A DNA stretch of 64,000 bases from Setoptus koraiensis (Eukaryota > Animalia > Arthropoda), in assembly GCA_048013815.1 (NCBI GenBank), contig CM106585.1:8122001-8186000 (forward strand), given 5' to 3'. Below, piece by piece: positions 35,861 to 47,000 of the stretch (the stretch's first letter is position 1; each line of letters begins with the position of its first letter). Below the pieces are notes generated by a model. That model had not been told where the DNA came from and ran no database searches. It saw only the letters and a list, made by a program, of their open reading frames with translations. The position numbers were made by a program, and so were the translations under genes.

Positions 35861-38059
35861 ACTGTTAGATCACAATTAATAAATCATACTAATTTATAAA
35901 TCATAGTAGATCTTAATTGATAAATCCATGTACATGTAGATTAAGTAGTGTGTGTGTTGTCGTTGCAGTTTCAGCTCTTTTACTAGTTGATTTAGATTGC
36001 GAATGAGTGACTGACTACCTCTGAATAATCTTCAATTCGGTGAGAATGTTTACAGACCTCATCTTGTTGTAATTGTAGTATCGGGTGCTGTTGTTGGCCT
36101 GTCACTCTCGCTAGGTGTGGATCTGGATGACAATTGTTCTATCTGGATTGTTGCTGTATTCACACAAAATTATATCAAATGTATCAAATGTAAGATGATC
36201 GAAAGTCTGTCTGTCTGTCTGTTATAAACTCAATGGTAGCCTCTAGGCTCAAAGGTGGCTCCTGGTGTCGTCTTGGAGCGACCCTTTTGCCAATAACAAT
36301 CTTCTCCTTCGTTTTTCTTTGGTCGTCCTCTTGGTTGTTGCTGCTACTGTGTCCAGTTTGTTCTTGATCATGTTATATTGGCTACAACACAATGATGATA
36401 ATATGATGACGCAATGCAAATTATTATTATCGTTGATACTTTGGCTGGCCATCACCTTCAATTTAGCGTCATCATAACAACAACAGCAATAATAATAATG
36501 ATAATAATTGAATTAAACCAACTGAATTGAAAGTGTGTATCAGGGTCGCTGATAAATTGGCTACGGTGCCAATGGCGTTGTTGTCTATAGTTGCTGGTTG
36601 CAGTTGCTGGATACAGGCGCTGGCTGCAATTGTTGTCTATAGTTGGTGATGGACATGACGGATTTGTTGTTGATAGGTGCTGTGAACTTTTATTAAATTC
36701 AATTGTGTGTTAGCTGCGTGTGGCTGCCGCCGACCAAGACAAATTATTGAAACTTTAAACAACTTTTCAATATTCTTCAAGTTGTTGGCGCATGTTGTAT
36801 TTTCTATTTTTAGTGATGACGATGATTTGTTGATGTAATTACTGGCAATTACTGACTGTCATTTGTGATGAATCTCTTTTTAGACTTGACTTTGGATACT
36901 GGATAGTGAATCAGATATTAGATGGGGCAGATATTAGATGCAGCAGATATTGGAGAGAGAGAGAGAGAGCGCAAACATTTTGTAATTTAATTCGCTTTTG
37001 TGTTGCATAACTAATTGATCATCTAGTGGCGAGCTATTGCGTCGAGCGTTTGGTCGCCATTATGATAGAAGCGTGATGATTATTTGAATTATTGTTGTTG
37101 TTGTTGTTGTTGTTATTGATGATCGCATTGGCGCCTAACTCTCAGTGGGTGTGTGTCATGACATGGTCATGGGGCAATGGCGGTGGCTACGACGACGATT
37201 GTGGTGAGAGTAGGGCGACAACGTATGACTGCTACAAAGCTGCACATATGAACACGACTTGACAGTGCTCTAATTCTTTTTGGTTGTGAGTCTCGACAGA
37301 AGCCGAAGCCGAAGCAGAAGAAGGAGAAGAACTCAATAAGAAGATGCATCAAAATGTGAGATTGCCGCCGGTGACATAATTTTGCTGCTACAACTGGTGC
37401 TGCTGCCGTCGCCGCCGTTGATATGCCAGCATGTAGATAGAAAGGGCTCTCCCTATCTTTTCTTTTTTCTCTTATTATTAGATCCGTCGTCTATTTGTGC
37501 TATCCGTCCACTACTATAGTGCAAGCTCTATAGCTATGCAACAACAATAGATTACGCTCACTACTGATGCAGTGAGCGCCGACATGACCATGACCATCAA
37601 ATCGCCAGAGATGTCATGCACTATGTTATGTAACTGTTCTTGGTTACTGGCTGTTGTTACCGGTGCCACTATAAGCCAGTATAATAGCGATGCAAGAAAA
37701 AGAAAAAAAGTGTTGAATGGAAGAAGAAGAAGAAGAAGAAGCAAACATGTTGAAGGCAAGAAGGAGGTGGCTTGTTGTTGGCCATAAAGAAGTTTCCACC
37801 AACAAGCGAGCAATGTATAGCCAATTGGTGGCTCAACAACCGCCACCAACAACAGCAATGGATAACAACAAATGTGTATGTTATGTAACAATCGATCCCG
37901 CGGCCAGTACTATATCATCCTATGATCAGCGAGCTGACTCACTGATCATATGATACAGACACATATGTAATGCAGAATGACTCTGACACAAGCACCAGTA
38001 CGGTACGTGATCGTCGCTATCATCCGTCAGCTCACATCTCATCGTCTCAGCGTCTCGGC

Positions 38060-38099
38060 GTCTCATCTGGTCTCATCTCGTCTCACCTGGTCTCACCTG
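38060..38099. repeat. Four copies of the 10-mer GTCTCAYCTS
   Basis: GTCTCATCTG GTCTCATCTC GTCTCACCTG GTCTCACCTG. Confidence 0.8.
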
Positions 38100-38507
38100 G
38101 CCGTTTGTTGGTCGCATCCTTGTTGTTCCATATACACACACTTAGTAGAGCTGCCTGACACAACATTTGTCAAAGAAGATCCTGTCTGTCGTCATTGTTG
38201 TTGCCGCTGTTGCTGTTGCTGCCGTTGTCGTCGGCGTTGTTGTTGCGGTCAAGCCAATGACAAAGCCTATAGCCAGAAGAATGCAGCCAACAAAGTGCAG
38301 CCAGAATAGTATGGCCAGCAGCAGCCATTGATACCAACCGCCAATGATCTATTTATTATTGCTGGTCGCTTCTTCTCGCTTGCTCGCCTGGTCAAACTGT
38401 TTCAACTCACTCTAATTGATCGAATTGCTCTAATTAATTGATGCTGACCAATTGAACGACTAACAGGCCGTATCTTAGTGTCGTCGATCATCCGCGCTTG
38501 GTATTGC

Positions 38508-38540
38508 TATTATTTCGGTATTATTTCGGTATTATTTCAG
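38508..38540. repeat. Three copies of the 11-mer TATTATTTCRG
   Basis: Read directly. Confidence 0.75.
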
Positions 38541-40028
38541 CAGTTCAGCGTCATCAGCGTCGGTATTATTTTAGTATAACGAGCATACAACTTGCTGACC
38601 AGACTTGTCTATACATACACATATACACAATCTTGCACATTTACCGTTGTTCCGTCAGTCAAAACCAACGGATGCTTGTGAACGATGTTATAGAAACATT
38701 TTTCTTTCAGTCAACCAACCAACTCTGTTGAGTCTCAGTAACATTGTTCTAATTAAAAAAAACTAAAAAAGCTCGCTTGTTTGTTGTTATTGTCGTTGCC
38801 GGTCCACTGACCATGGTCAGTTGGTGTGAGATTTTACACCAGCCAATTGTTGATTACTATGTATTACTTGTGTGTGTGTGTGTGTGTGCGTGTGTGTGTG
38901 CAACATCAACAATTAGTAGCGGCAACAATATCATCACCAGCAATCCCATTCAATCGGATCCGATCGGATCTGATTCGACCAAATCAAATGGTCGTTTTAA
39001 TTGTTCGCTGGTCCGCTCATGTTGGTCGACGCGAACACAACTAACAGTTGTTTGTTTCCTGTTTTCCTATTCAGTTACCACTAGCTTCGATCCAGTAACT
39101 AGGTGAGACCAATTTTGACAACGATAATCATACCCATACTGACCATCATCGTCATCATCCAATCAGCAGTTAAGCAGCGATGGCCAGTGGCGACACAGCC
39201 ATCGCGTACACTGCCAATGTCACTCAAATCGTGTGACCACTTGTTGTTTTTTGTTGATTACACTGTTGTTTCTGGCGGCCAATTACCACGGCTAGATTAC
39301 GGCAGCAGTCACAGCAAAATAAATCAAATAAAAAACTACACACACACACAACTAACTGTTGTCATCTCCAGGCCAATAGTTTGTGTATGCGATGGCTAGT
39401 GAGAGACAATAAAGATCGGTCCTCTTTCCGCTCTTCATTGTCTTTCTCTCTGGAGGTAGACAGACCTGTCCATGTAGATCTGTTTCGGTCAGCGATAACG
39501 GTGCTGCTCTCATTGGCGACATTTATGAAATGATGAACGACCAACAAAAAAATATGCTTTTTTGGTTGCTAACAGTTGTCGCCGTGGCATAACATTCATT
39601 CATCAACTCGTACCAACATTTGGGACACCCGATCATGATCATCGTCTCTGTCGTCGCTTGATGAGCCCTAAATTTCAGATTTGTTGCTGCACTCTCATAT
39701 GCAACAACAATGTAATGATGCAATCTATTATACACAGTCACGAGGCTCATCGTTTGCTATTGCGTCATCTGCTCGCTTGCCTAGAAACGCTATTAAATTA
39801 ATGAAAAGCGGCGCCAAGTTGTTGTTGTTGTTGCTGCTGCTGCTCCTGTAGCGTCCAAACAAAAACAACACCAACAACAATGGCGAGACAGATCGACGCC
39901 AACGAAAGATGACAGCCGAGACATTACTAAGCTAACCCCAGACGCTGTGAGCAAAGCAATAGACGCATCACACAAACACAACGAAAATGTGCGAATGAAA
40001 TTCAAATTAAATTATCAGCGACAGCAAA

Positions 40029-40031
40029 AGA

Positions 40032-40115
<84 letters not shown>
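40029..40115. repeat. (GA)n microsatellite, about 40 units
   Basis: Long, nearly perfect GA run; the source of the poly-SL ORF at 40007..40213. Confidence 0.95.
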
Positions 40116-40117
<2 letters not shown>

Positions 40118-41094
40118 TAGAGAATGGGAATGAAGGCGAGAAAAAAAGAAGGAGCAGAGAGGAGACAATTTGCAAGAAGATCTATAAAAACTACTATTGG
40201 CTTGGCTATTCACACAGAGTGGAAAGTTGCAGCGGCTACCTGTTTTATGCGCCTGACATAAACATAGTGTTGAGAATGGAGCAAAGAAGAACGCAGCTCA
40301 TTTGTATATTATATTGAATCAAAATCATTTGTATAAATATCTTTCTCTTCGTCCACAAACAGGTACAAACTGAGCACTGTATACTGGCCATTCTTCGCCA
40401 TTCATCATGATGATATTTCATTATTATCAGCATGAATAGATTGACCACTGAAGGTCGCCGAGAGTCTGTCCGCGATAGCAAGGCCACTGTTTGTGGTACT
40501 GGTCAGTTAGGCCTGGTCAACAATAGACAACAACAACGGTAGCAGTTGTGTTGTTTAGGTTGGCAGTAAAAATGGTGCTGAAATCAATCGTTGCCGATGC
40601 CGCTCAATACACAACAACGGCAGCAGCAACAACAACGCCAACAACAACAACGACAACATCAACACTTCATCACCTCGTGATGCAATCGATATTTACAACA
40701 AACATATGCAGCAAACATAATTGACAATACACACTTTTTTCCGCATCGCTCTTTCTCCTTTTATTTTTATTTTTTTGTTATGCAGATGCTAGCTGATCAC
40801 AACAACAACATCAATAACTGATATCTCATAAAACTCGTATCATGTGCAATAGTGATTGTGGTTGCAGCTACAACAAAAGCAACAAACAATAATCGTAATA
40901 ATTTTGCTCTATATTCCATATGGTCTACTATGGCTAACTCAAGCGGTTATTACGTTCTCTTTCTTCGCATGGTCGTCCTCGTCTCGTAGTGGCATCAAAG
41001 TGATCAAGACACCGTATGGTAATTGTTGATATTTAAATTTAACAACTGATGGAAATCAACTCTCTTTCTCTCTGTGTGTACATGTACACTGGCC

Positions 41095-44000
41095 TCATTC
41101 GATCATCCAATTATTGGCCGACCACAAAATGGCTGCATCGCACCCTAATCCCGTCTTATTCGACACTTGTTGCTCAGTATCTAAACTTGTCAAATAACGA
41201 TTGATTACATTTCTGTATTGGCTACCTATGGTGACTATGTATTTAACTGCATTCGTTTGATTACTAATGCTATCTAATAATGTCACGCTACCGCTAATGT
41301 TTCCATCGCGCGACTCTATTCCTGAATCGGCATTACTCAAACTGTCCATCCAGTTATTGTATCTGATTGTGGGCACCAATATGGTAACATCGGCTTCGTA
41401 TGGTCTGAATACAGTGATCGGTTTTAGTGTGTCTGCTTCCACTAGCATGATACATCCGTGACTCGTTCCAACATACAATTGATTGTTTAACTTGGCTATG
41501 CTTGACACTCGACTATGACGCGCCTCATCGTGATGATTCTCTATGCTAATTGAATCTAAACTCTCTGAACATGGCACCAGTTTCCAACAATCCAACTTTC
41601 TCGCAACGCATCTGTCTGAGCGACTCCACAAGTGCACCGTACAACCGGCCGCTGTCCAAAGGTTGTTGCCTGAACCGGCCAATATAAATCTTATGTCTGT
41701 CGGTTGGCTTGGTTCCACTATCCTTTCGCCACTCAAATCAACATTGGGCACATTTCCCGCCAATGGCAAGATGCTCTGACGAGCTATCTCATTATCGACA
41801 ATCTCTAAGCAACTGATGGCATTGTTGTGACCACACCAAATATTGAATGATGAACCTGTTGGTTGCTGTTGGTGTTGTTGATTGCGACTAATTCTAGTTG
41901 CATCACTATTGTTAAGCTCACAACTTGTATTAGTTGTGCCCAGCGATGATTGTTCTTGAATTGTTACGCATAGATAAGTCACGGAGCCATCGTCCAGTCG
42001 GCGCGTATTCATCGTGCTCACATGACATATCCACAATTGGCCATAATTGGTCAACATTATAACACTATTGGCTTGTTTGACGTAATGCATCAATTGAACA
42101 TTAGACATCATTATGTCAGATTTTATCATGTCCAACGAGAAACTGTCAATCAAATTTAAGCTTGGCTTATTGCTGTTGTTTTTCATCGATGACCTGCTAG
42201 TGTCGCTGCTGTTAAAATTGACGATGCCCATACCTAATTCAATATCGGCGGAACTATTCAATTGGATGGAGCTTGTTAAGTGTGTTGAATGAGCTGGCTG
42301 ATGAAATTGATTTAAGTCTATTATGTGTACAGTCATACGAGCATCGCATAACCACAATTGATCTTCAACAACACAGGTGCAAGTAACTAGAGATTGATTT
42401 GATGATGATTTCGTCTTGATTGTACTAAATGATTTATTCAATTGCAATTGTTTGTAATTAAACCATTGCGATTGATTGGCTCTCAGTATGTCGATCTTGT
42501 TTAATTGACGTGTTAGCCACAGCTCCAATTTCATGTCATCGTTCTCCATTATTTGCATGGCCACACCATGCAATATCGATTGACTTTTGCCCTCCAAAGC
42601 TACAACATCTTGCATTTGTACAAACTCTGGACAACTGGCTATCGAGACAATCTGACTAGCTGTAGGCCTGTTAGATGGTTCCTGAGACCAGCAAACGGTC
42701 ATTAGATCTATCAGGTAACTGGGATAAATTAAATCACGAGGAGACAACGATGGCCGTCCGCCATCTATGACGTGTCCTTTGATACTATCTAAATGATGTT
42801 CAAATGGTGGATGCAAAGTGATCAGTTCATAGATGAACATTCCGAATGAGAAACAATCAACTTTTTCTGTATATTCCTCGTCGCCGTTGTGACGTAATAT
42901 TTCCGGTGCTAAAAATCCAATTGTGCCGCCAAAACCCTTGATGCCAGTGGGTAGTGCTAATCGGGATATACCGTAATCGGCCAGTTTGACATTGACATTG
43001 CTTGATGTTGATCTAGTTGCGAATGGTGATGGAAAATCCCATACAAGCACATTTTCGGATTTTAAATCACGATAGATGACACGTTGTTGATGAAGATATT
43101 CCAAAGCTCTGGCCACTTGTAAAATGATCTTTTGCATACAGAAAGCGTTTATTCGCATACCAGCGCGCCTATAACCTTTAAATATATCCTCTAATGAACC
43201 AAATGGGGCCAATTCAAGTATAACAGCTAGTGGCCTAATAGACAATCCGACGAATGGTACAATATGCGGATGATGTAATGTCAATAATATATTTAACTCT
43301 TGTCTAGCTGTACAATAGGCCTTGCAGGCACATTGAAGAGGTTCACGTTGCCAATTGGTCTTTGATGATTTGTAGGCCAGCATGTCAGCTTGATCGGCAT
43401 CTGGTCCAGGGTCAATAGGCTGAAGCATCTTCATTGCTATTTCCGGTGACGATCTCATATGCACTGATGATTCCTCTTGTTTATCGCCACTCATGAGTGT
43501 TGTGAGATTGTTGTTGTGCAAAGTGCCACGAAATACTAGACCATAAGCACCGCGGCCAATTAGTTTGTAACGATGAACGCTTTCGCCATCGATTAGATAC
43601 TGACTACCAACATCACAGAAAACAATATCAGGCGCAATTCTAGTGAGTTGTAGCTCGCCATGATTTGGACATTTCAAACAATGTCTAAAGGACGCCTTCT
43701 TACTACTGCCGATCATTGCTGATTGCCTGATTGTTGCTTGTGATTGAATCGTTTCCATATTGTAGGCACACAAGATGCATTGCTCCACATAAAAACAGTG
43801 TATCATTCTGACAGACGTCAGTCCTGGTACCTCACTGGGATTATCTTTCATCGCAGCAATGCCGGCATCATCGCGACCGCTATTCATGGAGGTAATGTTG
43901 AACTTGATCTGCTGTGTTTGTTTCGATGATGCAGCTATTTTCTGGGGTTGCTGCTGATGTTGTTCATGATTTCTAAATTCATATTCACACTGAGGGCATG

Positions 44001-47000
44001 GCACAATACGAGTAACGAGATACTTGCCCTCAGATGTGTGCACAAACCTTGTGCCCAAGCTTGGATACCAATCTTCTAGAAGATTGTCAATATGATCTAC
44101 AATGGTGGACATTAGTTTTGCTATGCATTGAGAATTCAATTCAATGTAATCGACTGTTGCCGAATCGCCGCCATCTTGTCGGTTTATAGCCAATCGCCAA
44201 CCGGGTAAATGAACCTCTACTATGCTTGTGAACTGTCTAGGATCATACTCACACCAATCTGTTGCGTCTTTAGTGGTGGCTGGCTGGACATGATTTGAGT
44301 AGATCATGTAGCGCGCTCGATTTCCAGAGCCCCAAATGCTTGTGTCACTATTGACACCGTTGTTATAAAAACTAGACTCTCTTATTCGCAAAACAAAATT
44401 ACTAGAATTATTTTGCAAATAAGCTACTTTACCAGTCGAAGATAAAGATTGACAATCTAAATGTAAACATAATCCCGACTGCCAACATGTCCAACTGGAG
44501 CCACTGCTGGTTATACTCGATATGACATGATCCTTGGCCATCTCTTCGGGTATGTCCATGAATAATGAACTCACAATGTCATTGATACCCATGTCGCTTA
44601 GTATACAAGATTGTAAGCGGGAAAAGAAGCCTGCTGGCAAATATCTCAACATGATAAGTCTGTACAAAGATCTATCTGGTTGTTGTTCAACATTGACAAT
44701 AGTTTTGGATAATTGTTGATTCAATTGGTGGTATTTACTGCTATCTATACTAGCGGAACGGTTTTTCTGAGATGGGTGCCAACGACGAATCGCGCTACGT
44801 CCGCGCACTCGACTAGATAATTTAATTTCGCATGGCGAAACTCCATTTTGTAGATCAGTCTCCGTGGGCAACAATGACGGCAACAGAAGATAACGTGAAT
44901 TCCATGTTAGCGCAACCTCGAATTTGTTCAATAAATTAACAATGTAGGATTGGATACCTCCGCTTAAATTAACGTCCACTGATTTAAACAAATAATTTAA
45001 ATCATCTATTTTCATCAATCCATTTTTGGCATAAGGATTTATCTCACGAATGGTCACCACATGGCTTAAAATATCACACAACCATTGTGGATCGAGGAAG
45101 TATAAATCTCTAAGATTAGCATCCTCATAATGCAACAGTATACCATTCTCATGTAGGAATCTTGTTGCTTGTTGTAGTTCACTATTGTAATTTATTTCCC
45201 TAGAGCTGAGCGGCTCTAAATCTCTGAATGATTTTTGGTATTTGTTTCTCATTAGACCAACAACAGTTGTCTTGTATTCGTCATAAAACATGACAGGATC
45301 CTTACGCGACTTGCGACGCTCATTGGCTAACCAAACAACTATTTCTTCTAAATAAAGATAAGTGGCGGGTATTTTCTGTTCTAATAAACGCTCCATACTT
45401 CCGGGGCAGCGTAGCGAAAATACTGTATCATAGATTTTGTTACACAAGTTTCTTATGTTCAATCTGGTCTTGGTGGAAACAACTATACTGTCAACAATCT
45501 TGGGAAAACCACACTTGTCCTGGTCCACTATATTGATAAATCTTTGTTTAATTTGAGACTGTAACTCAGCAACTCTGTCACCTTGCTCACCTCCTATAAT
45601 TAAATCTTCATGTGTGCCGACAATAATAACAGGGGAACCTGGCGCTCTCGATTGAATGTTAACTAGCCATTGTTGAATTCCATCTACGCCACTTTCTCCG
45701 TCTGTAAGTCTCCAAACTACAAGATACATGGATCGCTTACTTAAAAAGTATCTATGAGTAGCATAAAACTCTTGTTGGCCACCAAAGTCCCAGGTAGAGA
45801 ATGTGACAGGGCCGAACGTTGTCTGACCTCTTGCAACTTTCTTGCAGAAAACCCAGTCGTGTATATCAACACCTACCGTGGAAAGTGTTACACCTTTTGG
45901 TGTTTTCATGTTACCTATAGAGCCGTGACCCATTCTTTTCGTCCAATGCTCGGGTGGTGACCTCTTTTTATTTGATATTGTACCTTCATATCGTATCTGT
46001 TCTAACAGAGAGGTCTTACCAATACCTTGTATACCCACTAACATAAGCTTCATTCGCGCATAGGATTTTGCTTCTTCCAATATAGACCTGAGGTAACCCA
46101 CAATATCCATAGTTTTGTAACTCTTTGAATCAATCATTGACTTAAGTGGATGACCGAGATTGCAACCGTGCAAACCTAAATTCCACAATTTGCTTAACAA
46201 ACCCATTTCCGGTGGCAATGTACACACAGATGGATTACCGCTGAGATTTAGTACGGACAAATCTGCCAATTCTGAGATATTACTAGTTATCTTGACTAAA
46301 GAATTGAAGCTCATGTCTAATATTGTGAGATGAGGAAATAGAAGATTATGTTTGGATTCTTTTAGCTGCTGAGACTTAGTAGACTGTTCACTATTCGAAT
46401 GAACGAGATCTGAGCTCGATATGGCAATCACTTTTAAACGATTATGGCTGAGATTTAAAGACTTCAAATTCTCTAAACGTTCGTGGAACTTGTGAATACA
46501 ATATCCTTTGAGATAACTAGACTGATTCAAAACGGAAAATTGAGTTTTGCCAATAGGTGAACTTGATGAATTGAAATCTAGGTAAGCTTCGTTGTTGTAG
46601 CAGTTTGTTTCAAAACTGTTGTCGACAGTGTCCGCAGGAATTGCGAACCATGATGAAATTTGATTGCTGCTGAGATCGAGATTCTTCAAACTAGATGGGT
46701 AATCATGTATATTACCTAATGACTCCATTCTATTATGACTCAGATTCAATCTTACCAGTTCGAAAGCGACGCAGGCTAACACTGGTGGTATGGAAGTAAA
46801 TGAGTTGAAAGATAAATTGATATGATTGAGCTTGCATTCATGCCTATAGGTACTCTTGCTGATATCATTATCTGTGCTATTATGATTTGTTGGACTACCG
46901 ATCGGAATAATAGAACTTACTACGTCGACTTTAGTTGACCAATGATTAAGATGGTTGATATGTACGTCTGATGTAACCAACTTGGATTCCTCACTATTTA

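Noticed and set aside
25032-35879. Dozens of plus-strand poly-Leu/Val/Cys ORFs over the giant gene
   Set aside because: Antisense shadows of CAA/AAC/CAG repeats in the real minus-strand ORF.
36539-36565. CAGGGT-starting sequence resembling a mariner TIR
   Set aside because: No inverted partner found and not preceded by an exact TA.
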